Below, piece after piece: positions 38,622 to 50,200 of a stretch of 51,509 bases of DNA. The DNA is from Pseudomonadota bacterium (GTDB taxonomy: Bacteria > Bdellovibrionota > Bdellovibrionia > Bdellovibrionales > SG-bin7). The translations under genes were made by a program, and so were the position numbers. The stretch's first letter is position 1. The number at the start of each line of letters is the position of its first letter. The stretch is taken from contig JAWXAY010000060.1 of assembly GCA_034439715.1 (NCBI GenBank), positions 1-51,509 of the forward strand. Reading direction: 5' to 3'. The notes under the pieces are model-generated. The model was given only the letters and a program-made list of their open reading frames with translations. It had not been told where the DNA came from and made no database searches.

Positions 38622-39722
38622 TTGATAAACCCCGCTGATGACTCAGGGCTGGCGATAGTTGCCCCCATTGTTTTTGTGGGGGCACTGGTCGCAATATTTT
38701 TATTGGCGGCTTTTTATTTTTTTCGAATAAAAAATCGCACCAAGAAGTCTAACGAGGATACGACTGAAGTTTTGCTATCAGAAGAAGTGCTTGGCGAAAT
38801 CACCGATCGTATTAAAAGTGCACCGATACACCTTGTCGACATCTTAAAAAATACTCGGCAGGGGATTTTAGGAAAAATCCAGAATGCTTTTTCTAGTAAA
38901 AAAGATATTAGTGCTCAGGACCTTTCTCAGCTTGAAGAAATTCTTTACGGCAGTGACTTGGGGCCGAAAACAGTGAGTAGGTTAATGACGGCCGTCGCCG
39001 AAAAAATAGAACAGCAGTCCGATGTAAATCTAGAAATAATAAAATCGGCGCTACGAGAAGAAATGAGGATTATTTTTTCTTTAGTGCCAACGCCAAAAGC
39101 CGTATTTGAAGAAAAACCTAAAGTTTGGCTCATTGTCGGTGTCAATGGGGTCGGAAAGACCACAACCATTGGCAAACTTGCTCGGCTATTTTCGCAGGGA
39201 GGTAAAAAAGTACTTGTCGCAGCAGGCGATACTTTTAGAGCTGCCGCCCGCGAGCAACTGTCCGCTTGGACAACACGTGCAGAAGTAATGATCCACAGCC
39301 CCGAGGGCGTCACCGACCCAGCTGCTGTCGCATTTGAGGCTTGTGAAATTGCCAAGTCTCAGGGGTATGGTTTTGTTATTATAGATACGGCTGGGCGACT
39401 TCATACTAAAAATAATCTGATGGAAGAACTAAAAAAAGTGAAAAGGGTGATAGCTAAATCAATACCCAATGCGCCACATGAAACTCTGATCGTTATAGAT
39501 GCCAATACGGGACAGAACGCCCTTCACCAAGCGAAGTCCTTTCATGAAGCTCTTGGAGTAACAGGTGTCATCCTCACTAAACTTGATGGCACGGCTAAGG
39601 GCGGGGTGGCAGTCGGCTTAGCTTGTGAACTGGGGATTCCTATTCGCTGGATAGGTGTCGGCGAGAAGGTCCAGGATTTAAAAGAATTTTCAGCCTCTGA
39701 ATTTATAACTTCTATAATTTAA
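38622..39722 (+). CDS. ftsY: Signal recognition particle receptor FtsY with N-terminal TM anchor
   Basis: [38 protein letters not shown]. Confidence 0.97.
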   Translation: MINPADDSGLAIVAPIVFVGALVAIFLLAAFYFFRIKNRTKKSNEDTTEVLLSEEVLGEITDRIKSAPIHLVDILKNTRQGILGKIQNAFSSKKDISAQDLSQLEEILYGSDLGPKTVSRLMTAVAEKIEQQSDVNLEIIKSALREEMRIIFSLVPTPKAVFEEKPKVWLIVGVNGVGKTTTIGKLARLFSQGGKKVLVAAGDTFRAAAREQLSAWTTRAEVMIHSPEGVTDPAAVAFEACEIAKSQGYGFVIIDTAGRLHTKNNLMEELKKVKRVIAKSIPNAPHETLIVIDANTGQNALHQAKSFHEALGVTGVILTKLDGTAKGGVAVGLACELGIPIRWIGVGEKVQDLKEFSASEFITSII

Positions 39723-39734
39723 CCGATAATTCAA

Positions 39735-41357
39735 TTGCCTATGGTCTCTCAAAGTACGCTCGTTTATCTTTTTGCCGGCCTTGCCTTTTTTATGTACGGC
39801 ACAACGCTTGTCAGCGAAAATCTGCAAAAGCTTGTAGGTAATCGCGTCCGCGAGCTTATGAATAAAATTTCAAAAAGTAACATGCTCAGCATTTTTGTGG
39901 GCGTGGCACTGACCGTATGTTTACAAAGTTCGGGTGCAGTCTCAATGCTGTTGGTGGGCTTAGGATCTGCAGGTGTCATCACACTTTCTCAAGTCATGGG
40001 TGTTTTAATTGGGAGCTCTGTAGGGACCACAGTCACAGTTCAGCTTATTAGTTTTAACGTCGCCCAGTATGGATTGCCGATTTTTACGATTGGATTTTTA
40101 TTCTATTTTGTCTCTAAGAAAAATGTGGTGAAGCAGTGGATGGGCGTGCTAATGGGATTTGGTCTGATATTTTTTGGGCTTCAGTACATGGGCTTAGGGA
40201 CTGAGGCTATCAATCACATTGATATCTTAAGACAGATGTTTGCCAAACTTAGCATACATCCCCCGCTAACTCTTGCCACCTCAATAATTATGACAGCACT
40301 TATTCATTCAAGTGCGGTAACGATTGGTTTGGCTATGAGCTTGGCGAGTCAAGGTGTGATCAGTCTTTACGACGCCATGTTTTGGGTTTATGGGGCCAAT
40401 ATTGGTACAACTTTTACTGGAATTATGGGCGCGGTCGGCGGAAATTATATTGGTCGCCAAGTCGCATGGGCCAACTTTTGTTATAAAGTCGCCAGCGTCA
40501 TTCTCTTTATGTTTTTTACCGAAAGTTTCGCCAGAACTCTGGGAGCTTATAGCGGAAATTCGGTGCGGGCTATTGCCAATGCGCATACTATATATAACAT
40601 CATCGCGGCCATTATGTTTTACCCATTAATTGGGTGGGGAACACGGTTTTTCGAAAGTTACATCAAACCGACAAGCAGCGAGAAAAAGTTTGGTGTAAAG
40701 TATCTTGATCGTGCAACCTATCAAAATTCAACCTTAGCGATGGCCTATGCTCGCCGAGAAATCTTACGAATGGGAGACATTGTTGTTTCGATGATAAGAG
40801 ATAGTATTGCGCTATTGGGGCGCGAGGATCCAGAGCTCTTAGAGACCATCAAAGAAAACGACAATAAAGTGGACTTACTCATGCGAGAGATAAAATTATT
40901 TTTAGTGAAGTACGCCGATGAGGCCGTTGGCGGCATTGACCAGTTAGTATTTAATCTTATCTCGATGGCGAGCGATTTGGAATCTGCAGCTGATGTGATA
41001 GATAATAATATTTTGGAATTATCCAGAAAGAAAAATGCATTAAAACTTAATTTCAGCGACGAAGGTTGGCGTGAGATTAAGGAGTTTCATGCCATGACTG
41101 TAGAGATTGCAACCGTGTCCATGAGTTGTTTTGAACTTCAAGATCCGGACCTTGCCAAAAAGTTAATAGAAATGAAGCGAGGCATGCGCAGACAAGAGAA
41201 ACTCTTAAGGGAGCATCATATTGACCGTCTCAATAAGGGACTCAAAGAAACTATTAATACCAGTGCTATTCATCTGGATCTCTTAGGAGACTACCGCCGA
41301 GTGGTGGGGCTTCTCTGCAATCATGCCTACGAAGTCACTCACGAAGCTCGCCCTTAA
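39735..41357 (+). CDS. Na/Pi cotransporter family protein with PhoU domains
   Basis: QSSGA and HSSAV repeats, GANIGTT, helical C-terminal PhoU region (ATG 39741 is an alternative start). Confidence 0.92.
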   Translation: MPMVSQSTLVYLFAGLAFFMYGTTLVSENLQKLVGNRVRELMNKISKSNMLSIFVGVALTVCLQSSGAVSMLLVGLGSAGVITLSQVMGVLIGSSVGTTVTVQLISFNVAQYGLPIFTIGFLFYFVSKKNVVKQWMGVLMGFGLIFFGLQYMGLGTEAINHIDILRQMFAKLSIHPPLTLATSIIMTALIHSSAVTIGLAMSLASQGVISLYDAMFWVYGANIGTTFTGIMGAVGGNYIGRQVAWANFCYKVASVILFMFFTESFARTLGAYSGNSVRAIANAHTIYNIIAAIMFYPLIGWGTRFFESYIKPTSSEKKFGVKYLDRATYQNSTLAMAYARREILRMGDIVVSMIRDSIALLGREDPELLETIKENDNKVDLLMREIKLFLVKYADEAVGGIDQLVFNLISMASDLESAADVIDNNILELSRKKNALKLNFSDEGWREIKEFHAMTVEIATVSMSCFELQDPDLAKKLIEMKRGMRRQEKLLREHHIDRLNKGLKETINTSAIHLDLLGDYRRVVGLLCNHAYEVTHEARP

Positions 41358-41452
41358 AGTGCTGTCCCTAAATAATCCGCCATATCTCGTTTTGAAACAC
41401 CAATGCTTATTTTATAGTAATTTTGAGTTAAGGTTAGGTAAGGGGCTTGAGG

Positions 41453-41468
41453 TGGCTAAGAGTTTGCC
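41453..41468 (+). promoter_or_regulatory. Possible sigma54 promoter for the receiver gene
   Basis: TGGC-TAAGAGT-TTGC (GG-N10-GC). Confidence 0.45.
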
Positions 41469-41509
41469 ATAAAATTAAAGATAAGGGAAAGTTAATAGAG
41501 GTACGTGTT

Positions 41510-41899
41510 ATGGTTTCAAATTTGCCAATGGAAAAGGCTTTGCTGGTTGAGGATGACCCTCTAATACAAGAAATTCTTGTCGAGTATCTCCATAACAACA
41601 AATTTAAAGTTGATACTGTTGGCTCGGGCGAGGCGGCACTGGACATGATGAACGGAAATAAATACTCATTTATGATCACAGACATTGGCCTCCCGGGAAT
41701 GAATGGTTTTGATCTCATTCGGGAAGCAAAAAAACTCAACCCCTTAATGCCAGTAGCAATCACAACTGCGGACGTTTCTGATATTGATCACTCTCTTTTA
41801 AAATTGATCGATAATCTCGTTTTAGAAAAGCCCTTTCACAGTTCTGACTTCACAGGTCTACTGACTAAACTGAGAAACAAGATTCAATCTAAGGTCTAA
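41510..41899 (+). CDS. Single-domain response regulator receiver (CheY-like)
   Basis: LVEDD, TDIGLPGMNG, T, KPF intact; SD GAGG before ATG 41510. Confidence 0.88.
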   Translation: MVSNLPMEKALLVEDDPLIQEILVEYLHNNKFKVDTVGSGEAALDMMNGNKYSFMITDIGLPGMNGFDLIREAKKLNPLMPVAITTADVSDIDHSLLKLIDNLVLEKPFHSSDFTGLLTKLRNKIQSKV

Positions 41900-41934
41900 A
41901 GGGACGCTTGAAATGCACTGCACTATTATGCTCT

Positions 41935-41973
41935 AGGGCAATCACTAGTAACTGGTCTAGGTTGCTTTCTTTT
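41935..41973 (+). terminator. Possible intrinsic terminator after the receiver gene
   Basis: AGGGCAAUC/GGUUGCUUU stem with inner ACUAG/CUGGU, then CUUUU. Confidence 0.4.
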
Positions 41974-42032
41974 ACAAGACGCGCTATAAATATAAGTAAG
42001 TAGACTTCAATTTTTCGGAGTGCGGAGCTCGG

Positions 42033-42341
42033 ATGGCCATTGAAAAGCCTCTATACAACTTGTCTGTTGCTGGCATGCGCCTTAAGGTGCGTTCTGTCCA
42101 CGATGAAGACAAAGTTAACCTTTTAGTTGATTTAGTTAATCAAAAAGTAAATTTGGCATTGAAACGATCTAAAAATAAATCTTTGCAAAAGGCAATAATT
42201 TTAGCAGCCTTAAATCTTGCTGAAGAACTAGTTAACTTGAGAGGTCAGGCTCGCCAAGAGCTTGATCGTATAGAGGATCTCGCGTTCGAGGTCGTCTCTG
42301 ACTTGGAGTCCACACGAATTGATAAAATAGGGATTTCATGA
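42033..42341 (+). CDS. zapA: Cell division protein ZapA
   Basis: N-terminal beta hairpin, AIILAALNLAEEL, C-terminal coiled coil; synteny with ygfA-rny. Confidence 0.88.
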   Translation: MAIEKPLYNLSVAGMRLKVRSVHDEDKVNLLVDLVNQKVNLALKRSKNKSLQKAIILAALNLAEELVNLRGQARQELDRIEDLAFEVVSDLESTRIDKIGIS

Positions 42342-42904
42342 GTAGAGAAGGAAAAGATCAGGCGCGAAAACAAGACCTTAGAAAAAAATATCTAAAACTA
42401 AGGTCAGACTTTTCGCATCAAAAACACGATTCAAAGATTTGTGAGCATCTGCTGCAGTTACTTAAAGTAACGAGCGGTGTTTGGGGTGGGTACATTAGTA
42501 CGTCCACTGAGCCAAATCTTTCAACAGTTTATGAAAAAGCTAAGCACATTAAGTGGGCATTTCCCAAAGTGGTTGGCGAAAACTTGCAGTTTTTGGTTCC
42601 CAAAAATACGTTGAGTTTTAATAGGAGTGACTTGGGCATAGATGAGCCAGGTGAGCACTCTCAAGCTGTTGGTCCAAATGAATTAACCGGCATATTGATT
42701 CCCGGTGTGGCTTTTGATTTACGAGGTTACCGATTAGGCCGAGGAAAAGGCTATTATGATCGGTATTTAAAGAACTGTATTTGTAGGTTAATAGGCATTG
42801 GCTATTCCGCGCAGTTATCTCAAGACGATCTACCTTTCGAAACTCATGACGTAAAAGTGAACGTCATTGTGACAGATAAAGAAGTATTAAAGATCCCTGC
42901 TTAA
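42338..42904 (+). CDS. ygfA: 5-formyltetrahydrofolate cyclo-ligase
   Basis: IPGVAFD..GYRLGRGKGYYDRYL, ETHD. Confidence 0.95.
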   Translation: MSREGKDQARKQDLRKKYLKLRSDFSHQKHDSKICEHLLQLLKVTSGVWGGYISTSTEPNLSTVYEKAKHIKWAFPKVVGENLQFLVPKNTLSFNRSDLGIDEPGEHSQAVGPNELTGILIPGVAFDLRGYRLGRGKGYYDRYLKNCICRLIGIGYSAQLSQDDLPFETHDVKVNVIVTDKEVLKIPA

Positions 42905-42936
42905 GGGACTTTATTGACTTCAGAAGAGGGTAGTTT

Positions 42937-44514
42937 ATGTCGAATACAATATATATTATTATTTCATTGTTTTTTGGTTTAGCTATTGGGGCTTTTGGCC
43001 TTAATATTTTTGTTAAAATTCAAAATAAAAAGAAAAAAACTAATGCCGAGGGCGAGGCTCAACGCATAATTTCTAAGGCTAAGTCAGAATCTGCTCGCCT
43101 TGATTTAGATGCCAAAAATCGCGCACGTGATTTCGAAAATCGAGCTCGTCGAAATGTAGAGCAAGATATCCAGAAACAAAAACAGAGTCTGGGGCGCCAA
43201 GAGCAGCAGTTTAAAGATAAAGAGGGAATGTATGATAAGCGACTCAAGGAGTTGGATCATAAATTCGAAGACAAAGACCGTGAAGTCAAAGATCGGTTTG
43301 CCAAAGTTTCTATCGCCGAAGGAAAAATCAAAGACGTTAGTGCTAGAGCTGAAGAAAACTTAGAACAACTAAAGTCCAAGCTCGAAAGCGTAGCGAGCAT
43401 GACCAAAGATCAAGCCAAGCAGCAATTGATTGAAGCAGTTACCAATGAGGCCAAAACAGAAGCAGCTAAATTGATGATAGTCATTGAAGAAGAGGCTAAG
43501 GCCGAAGCCGAAGGCAAAGCTAAGCGAATTATTAGCATGGCCATTGCACGCTTTACCGGTGAGACCGTGGCCGAACGTTCGGTCAGTATCGTTGCCCTAC
43601 CTAATGAAGAAGTTAAGGGAAAAATCATTGGACGCGAAGGCAGAAATATTAGAGCGCTCGAGGCTGAGTGTGGCGTTGACTTGATTATCGATGATACTCC
43701 TGAAGCTGTGGTAATTTCTGCTTTTGACCCTGTGAGACGAGAAATTGCGCGACTTTCATTGGAGCGCCTGATTGAAGATGGCAGAGTGCATCCCTCAAGA
43801 ATTGAAGAGATTGTAGCAAAATCAAAGAAAGATATTTTTAAAACAATAAAAGAAGACGGGGATAAGGCGCTTTTGGAATTAGGACTAACTGATGTGCATC
43901 CAGAAATTTTAAAGTTATTGGGAAGCTTAAAATATCGTTACTCTTACAACCAAAACAATTATTATCACTCCATAGAAGCCGCCCATATTGCAGGTCTGAT
44001 GGCGACAGAACTTGGTGTCGATGTCAAATTGGCAAAGCGGGCCACCTTGTTGCATGATATCGGCAAGGCTCTTGATCACAGCATAGAAGGCAGTCACGCT
44101 GTTATTGGTGCCGAGTTCGCAAAAAAACATGGCGAGAGTGAGGCCGTCTGCCACGCCATCCGCTCGCATCATGAGGACGAAAAACCAAATTCTGTTTACG
44201 CCTTTTTATGTCAAGCTGCAGACGCCGCATCGGGGGCAAGGCCAGGTGCTCGTCGGCAAAATACCGAATCCTATGTTAAGCGCCTCGAGGATCTAGAATC
44301 TATTGCTAATAGTTTTGAAGGCGTGCTACGAGCATTTGCGCTACAAGCCGGTCGTGAAGTAAGGGTACTCGTTGAAGGCGCAAAAGTGACAGACGAGCAA
44401 GCCGTAATGCTGAGTCGGGATATTGCTCGCAAGATTGAGCGAGAGATGGCGTTCCCGGGGCAAATTAAGATTACAGTTATTCGCGAAACTCGCGCTGTTG
44501 AACACGCACGATAG
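42937..44514 (+). CDS. rny: Ribonuclease Y
   Basis: TM, coiled coil, KH domain (KGKIIGREGRNIR), HD domain (LHDIGK), RPGAR. Confidence 0.97.
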   Translation: MSNTIYIIISLFFGLAIGAFGLNIFVKIQNKKKKTNAEGEAQRIISKAKSESARLDLDAKNRARDFENRARRNVEQDIQKQKQSLGRQEQQFKDKEGMYDKRLKELDHKFEDKDREVKDRFAKVSIAEGKIKDVSARAEENLEQLKSKLESVASMTKDQAKQQLIEAVTNEAKTEAAKLMIVIEEEAKAEAEGKAKRIISMAIARFTGETVAERSVSIVALPNEEVKGKIIGREGRNIRALEAECGVDLIIDDTPEAVVISAFDPVRREIARLSLERLIEDGRVHPSRIEEIVAKSKKDIFKTIKEDGDKALLELGLTDVHPEILKLLGSLKYRYSYNQNNYYHSIEAAHIAGLMATELGVDVKLAKRATLLHDIGKALDHSIEGSHAVIGAEFAKKHGESEAVCHAIRSHHEDEKPNSVYAFLCQAADAASGARPGARRQNTESYVKRLEDLESIANSFEGVLRAFALQAGREVRVLVEGAKVTDEQAVMLSRDIARKIEREMAFPGQIKITVIRETRAVEHAR

Positions 44515-44526
44515 ACGGTATTGAAA

Positions 44527-45750
44527 ATGGCTTTTTTAGACCCAAAGGAGCAGTTGAAGGTTTTGATGAAAGGTGTCGCTGACATAGTCAGCGAAAAAGA
44601 TCTTTTAGAAAAGCTTACGGACAGCTCCAAGAAAAATCGACCTCTAAATATTAAGTTGGGTTTCGATCCATCACGGCCCGATATTCATTTGGGCCATACC
44701 GTGGTCTTAAATAAAATGCGTGAGTTTCAAAAATTGGGTCACCGGGTGATATTTTTAATTGGAGATTTTACGGCCCTCATCGGCGATCCTAGTGGTAAAA
44801 ATGAAACTCGACCTGCTCTGTCTGAAGCTGAAGTCAAAGAAAATGCGAAAACCTACGCTCGTCAGGTTTTTAAAATTCTCGATGAAAGCAAAACAGTTAT
44901 TTCTTACAATTCTGATTGGATGAATAAATTTAGCTCTGTTGAATTTATTAAATTGGCGAGTCACTACACAGTGGCTCGCATGATGGAGCGAGATGATTTT
45001 AATAATCGATTTAAGACGGGACAGTCTATTTGTGTTCACGAGTTTTTATATCCGCTGGTTCAAGGTTATGATTCGGTAGAACTTAAGGCTGATGTTGAGC
45101 TGGGTGGAACAGACCAACGATTTAATCTTTTGGTGGGTCGGGATATGCAAAAATCTTATGGGCAACCCAGCCAAGTTGTGATGATGATGCCGATTTTAGA
45201 GGGCACTGATGGCGTGCAAAAAATGTCGAAGTCACTAAAGAACTATATAGGTGTGGATGATTCACCGAGCGATATTTTTGGTAAGACAATGAGTATTTCG
45301 GACGATCTCATGTATCGCTACTATGAATTGTTGACGGACATGAGTGCAAGTGAGATTTCAAAAATGCGAGAAGATGTTAAATCGGGCGTGCGACACCCGA
45401 GGGATGTTAAAGTAAATTTGGGAAAAATATTAGTGGATAGATTTCAAGGTCCTGGCGCCGGCGAAAAGTCCGTCGAGGAGTTTAATCGGATTTTTTCAAA
45501 CAAAGGTTTGCCGGATGACATCCCTATTCATTTGGTTGAAGCTTGTGGTGAAGTGGGAATTACTAAACTTCTGGCCGACCTTAAGCTAACCACGTCGACT
45601 GGCGAGGGTCGTCGATTGATCGAGGGGCGAGGGATTGAGGTTGATAGTAAAAAAGTTGAAGACATTAATTATAAATTGAATTTGAAATCGGGAATTGAAT
45701 TAATAGTAAAGATTGGTAAAAAGAAATTTGCCAAAATCAAAGTGAAGTAA
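44527..45750 (+). CDS. tyrS: Tyrosine--tRNA ligase
   Basis: [32 protein letters not shown]4 domain. Confidence 0.98.
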   Translation: MAFLDPKEQLKVLMKGVADIVSEKDLLEKLTDSSKKNRPLNIKLGFDPSRPDIHLGHTVVLNKMREFQKLGHRVIFLIGDFTALIGDPSGKNETRPALSEAEVKENAKTYARQVFKILDESKTVISYNSDWMNKFSSVEFIKLASHYTVARMMERDDFNNRFKTGQSICVHEFLYPLVQGYDSVELKADVELGGTDQRFNLLVGRDMQKSYGQPSQVVMMMPILEGTDGVQKMSKSLKNYIGVDDSPSDIFGKTMSISDDLMYRYYELLTDMSASEISKMREDVKSGVRHPRDVKVNLGKILVDRFQGPGAGEKSVEEFNRIFSNKGLPDDIPIHLVEACGEVGITKLLADLKLTTSTGEGRRLIEGRGIEVDSKKVEDINYKLNLKSGIELIVKIGKKKFAKIKVK

Positions 45751-45753
45751 AAT

Positions 45754-46347
45754 ATGAAATTGAAATTTATGCCTCAAAATGTAGAGTATGAAGTGACCTC
45801 AGACCAATCGGTCTTACATGTGGCACAAGATAACGGGATCCACATTAAATCGGTTTGCAAAGGCGTGCCGAGTTGCGCTGAATGTCGCGTTTTTATTTCC
45901 GAAGGAGAGCAAAACGTTATGCCGCCATCGCCCCAAGAGTTGAGTCTCATTGGTACGGCCTATTTTGTTGATCAAAGGAGGCTGTCATGCCAGCTGCATT
46001 GTTTTGGCGATGTGACGATTGACCTCAGTGAGCAGATTGAAAAAGCCGAAAATGCTTTGGTGGGCAAAAAACCTCGAGGAGCTAGAGACGATTTTGACCC
46101 TAAGGAATCAAACGCTGTTATGGGAAATGTGATTTTTGAGGAAAAAAAGCAGGCTCCACAAAAACAGCAGAATCCACCGAGACAACAGAACCAAGCGGAT
46201 GTTGAAGAGAAAAAATTTAACAGAATGGCTTTTGAGGAAGAAAAAAAACAACTGCTCAGGACTCTCCGCGAACAGCGAGCTGAACGTGAGCGACTCAAGC
46301 TTGAACAAGCCACGCAGCCGACGCCTAAGCCCGAATCCGAAGAGTAA
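45754..46347 (+). CDS. 2Fe-2S ferredoxin domain protein with long charged C-terminal tail
   Basis: CKGVPSCAEC...RLSCQ; Q/E/K/R-rich tail. Confidence 0.85.
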   Translation: MKLKFMPQNVEYEVTSDQSVLHVAQDNGIHIKSVCKGVPSCAECRVFISEGEQNVMPPSPQELSLIGTAYFVDQRRLSCQLHCFGDVTIDLSEQIEKAENALVGKKPRGARDDFDPKESNAVMGNVIFEEKKQAPQKQQNPPRQQNQADVEEKKFNRMAFEEEKKQLLRTLREQRAERERLKLEQATQPTPKPESEE

Positions 46348-46442
46348 ATACCCTCGATCTATGTCTCAATATCAACAAGACTTATTTTAAAGAAATAGGT
46401 AGAACTGGGTATTCTTGCTACTATAGAGCAAAGGGTCTCAAA

Positions 46443-47285
46443 TTGAAAAAAGTCCTGTTCTACGAAAGTCCGATTTCGTTTCGCACATTGGGCAGCGGTC
46501 CGCCACTGGTGCTGTTCCATGGTTTTGGCGGCAACCACCATCACTGGAACGAAGTTCTGCCGCTATTCACAAAAAATTACACTGTCATAATGCCAAACCT
46601 CGGACCTCTAACACTGGGTTCAATTCAGCTTACGTTTCATGAGCAAGTCGAGCTACTTCAGGATTTTAAGAGAGCGATCTTCGCCCAATTTGGTTCCTTT
46701 AATTTAGCCGGCATTAGCTATGGCGGTGCGCTAGCTTGGGGCTTAGCTTTTGAGGATGACGGATGCATTCAAAATCTCATTCTCATTAATCCCATGCCGC
46801 CGAATCCAATCAAGCAAATACGAAGTTGGCCGCTAAAACGCTTGTTATGGCTTGGTAGAGTTAAATTTCTCCTTTCACTTTATATGCTTTTGCCCTTTGC
46901 TTACTGGGACTTTCATAATGTGGCCGCTGACATTCGCGTTGATTGGGTCCAACGAAAGCCGACACTAGCACAACTTTTTTCTCGTCGGCAAAAAATGCTT
47001 TTTTATCTGATACAACGATTTTCTTGGGTAGTTTTTTCTGAGAATTGGACGCCCTGGTCAGATAAACTGAAGCATATAAAAATTCCGAGCTTAATTGTTC
47101 ATGGTGGCCAAGATCGCGTCTTTCGCGAGGATCAAGCCCAGTGGATGAAATCAAATCTTAAAAATTCCCAACTTATTGAAATTTCGGAAGCCACTCACAT
47201 GGCCATTCATTCTTCTCCGGAAAAAGTATTTGAAGTAATACATAAGTACTTGCGAGAGCGCGTCGGTGGGGAATTAGTTTCGTAA
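46443..47285 (+). CDS. Alpha/beta fold hydrolase
   Basis: HGFGG, nucleophile GISYGG, GGQD, ATH. Confidence 0.88.
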   Translation: MKKVLFYESPISFRTLGSGPPLVLFHGFGGNHHHWNEVLPLFTKNYTVIMPNLGPLTLGSIQLTFHEQVELLQDFKRAIFAQFGSFNLAGISYGGALAWGLAFEDDGCIQNLILINPMPPNPIKQIRSWPLKRLLWLGRVKFLLSLYMLLPFAYWDFHNVAADIRVDWVQRKPTLAQLFSRRQKMLFYLIQRFSWVVFSENWTPWSDKLKHIKIPSLIVHGGQDRVFREDQAQWMKSNLKNSQLIEISEATHMAIHSSPEKVFEVIHKYLRERVGGELVS

Positions 47286-47299
47286 ATCCATGCCTTTGC

Positions 47300-50200
47300 T
47301 TACCAAACGCAAGCAGTAGCGCCATCGGTAGTGTAGACCCAAGTTGTGGCAGAACCCTTACAGACACAAATTCTAAACGTTGAAGTGAGTGCAATAGAGC
47401 CTGTGTGGGCAGCGTCGCACGCTACGGGCTGCGCACCATTTAGGGCGAGGCGCGCATAACCATTGATATCAAGAGTTGCCACTGGGCTGGCAGTTCCGAT
47501 ACCGATATTACCGGTGCCCTGCTTAATAGTCATACGGGCAATGTCGTTGGTATTGAATGTCACGTCAGATGCTCCAAGGCTACCCATAACTACGCCTCCC
47601 CCAAAAGCGTACATAAAACCCTCATCGCCACCAGCTTCATATTTCACTACCAGGCCCGAATATCCATCGGTAGAATCTGAAATTAAAAGTTCCGGTTGCC
47701 AAGCGTTTGCCGATATTGTTCCGGCTCCCACGTGCAACTTGGAGGCAGGCGCAGTAGTTCCGATACCTACTTTACCTGTAGAGACCGTAGTGCCGGTACC
47801 GTCAACACCTGTCGCAAAAATAAGGTTTCCAATACTCATTTGATTTGACCCTGCGGGGTTTTGGACATCCATATTATAACCGATAAGAATATTATTATCA
47901 CCTGAACTCAAATTGTCTCCCGCTGAGGAACCAATGATAATGTTACCGTCAGCGGTGTTAGATCCAAAGCCCGCATTGTACCCGATGAAGACGTTTTGCG
48001 ATTTGACGGTACCGGTACCAGGTCCATCACCGGCCCCCATTCCGACAGCAGTATTATAGCTACCAGTTGTTGTGTCTCCCAATGCCCACATGCCAAAGGC
48101 AGTATTGTAACTTCCGTTGTTTAGAAGGTTTAGCGTCACTAGGCCCATGGCTGTGTTTCCTTGCCCTGTAGTGTTCGATTTCAAAGCGCCAGTACCAACT
48201 GCGGTATTTTGGTCACCGGTCGTGTTGTTTTCCAAAGCGGTCACACCTATGCCTGTGTTTTCGTTGCCTCCAGCAAGATTACCTGCGCCTGCAGCACTAC
48301 CAAGAAACAGGACGCTGGTACCAGGGGTAGTCTTGCCATCTGAAAGTGCATCAAGAGACGAAGTGCCCCCAATAAGATTTACGTAGGCCCCGCCGTTTTC
48401 TGAAACTCTAAAATTGTGAGAAGTGGAATCAAAATATATTCGTCCTTGTTCTGCTGGTGAAACCGCGGGCGCAGCAATCTCGCGCATGGAGAAGGCACCG
48501 TTCACATCTAAAATTGTATTAGGAGCAGTTGTTCCTATACCGACGTTACCACTGCTTCCGTCCAAAACCATTCGATGGCTTGTCCCATATGAAAAAGCTA
48601 GGCGATCGCCCTCAACCAAATCATCGTTCGAGTCGTCGTCCATCCAGATATCCCATTGGCCGCCGTCTTGAGTTTTAATTGCGACACCTGAAGATCCATT
48701 CGAAGTTCCGGCCCCCTCAACCATTATCCTTGCGGCTAGGTTATTTCTAGATACGTGTAAGACTTGAGAGGGCGAAGTAGTTCCGATGCCGACGTTTCCG
48801 TCGGACTGAACAACGAGCGAGGCAGCTGAGTTATTTTTCGATCCAATTCCAAACTTGTTGTCTCCCATATCAAATAGATCATTACCTATAATAAAAATTC
48901 TAGAGTCGCCACCAGCTGCCGTTGGAGTTGCACCGACGGCTGTCATACCGGAAATGAAAGCGATGCTAGCCTCTTTCTGACTTGCAGCGCTTGCATTGGC
49001 AATCTGAAGCTGGCCCCAAACAAAATCTGTTGAATCAATGACAGTCTTGCCTCCGCTCACGTAGAATTTCTGGGTCGGAGATGTAGTCCCAATCCCGACG
49101 TTGCCACCGGCGCTGACATTAACCAAATTTGTTCCCGCGCTGTTTTGCACCTGGAAGAGATCTGCCGTTTGACCGGCGAAGGCCTTGATGATTTGACCGA
49201 CCGTCCCTACAGCACGTGGCTCGACTTGCAACTGGGCATTAGCTGTGCCGAGATCTCCAATATCCCCAATATTCACTCGTCCATGAAAAACGCTATTTCT
49301 GCCCCCATAATAGTTGTGCACCAGGTCGTATCCGTAAGTGTAAATATCTAAACGGCCTCCGGTCGCATTATCCAACACAAGACCCCTGGTCGTGTTATTG
49401 CCCACAATCAGTATGTCTTGATTGGCAGTGCCGCCTTTATTCAAATTCAAAGCCGATAGTGGACTCGTAGTTCCGATTCCGACGTTTCCGCTGGAATCAA
49501 TTCTCATGCGCTCTGCGCCCGCAGTACTTGCCGCCATAGTATCCGCGGCAGGTCGCCACCAACCAGTGTCGGGATCACCGGCGAAACTAAAAGTCGGCGC
49601 CGCTGCGGTGCCGTTACCTGTAGTGATTAATGCGCCACCAGTTGTGGGCGATGACAGTGAGCTAGATGAAATATTAAATACATTCGCACCACCTGCAGCA
49701 ATTCCGACCGTGTCGGCGCCATTGCTGTAAAATCCAGTATTGGTATCACCTGAAAAAGAAATAGAAGGAGCACCTGCGGTACCGTTACCAGCACTGACGC
49801 TAGAGGAGGTCCCACCCAACATATTTGTCCAAGCACCACCTTCAAAAACTTCGAATTTATTTGTGTCGCTCGCGTATCTCATCATGCCGTTTACGCCTAC
49901 GGCGGGGCGGTTTGCAACGGAATCCCGGGGAATTATTATTGAGCTCGCCGCCGCACCTGTTCCGGTGATATCGAGACGGGTGCCTGTGGTGGGTGTTGTA
50001 GTTCCTATACCTACGTTGCCGGCGAAGTAGTTTTTGTCATTAGCTTGATTCTGATAAATGCCGTACCTGTTGGTCGTGTTCGCATTGGCATTTGAGTCTA
50101 TGTAAACTCCATAACTTGCAGTGGTGGTTGCCGTTGAATAATTGTCATCTCTGACATACACGCCATATCGAGCAGTTGCAGGCACCGATCCGCTGCTATT

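Noticed and set aside
39703..39729. ACCGATAA as a FliA promoter for the Na/Pi cotransporter
   Set aside because: The -35 position reads TTAT, and the gene is 12 bp from ftsY and likely operonic
41900..42032. 6S RNA or other structured RNA upstream of zapA
   Set aside because: Too short and no long bulged rod; only a terminator-like hairpin
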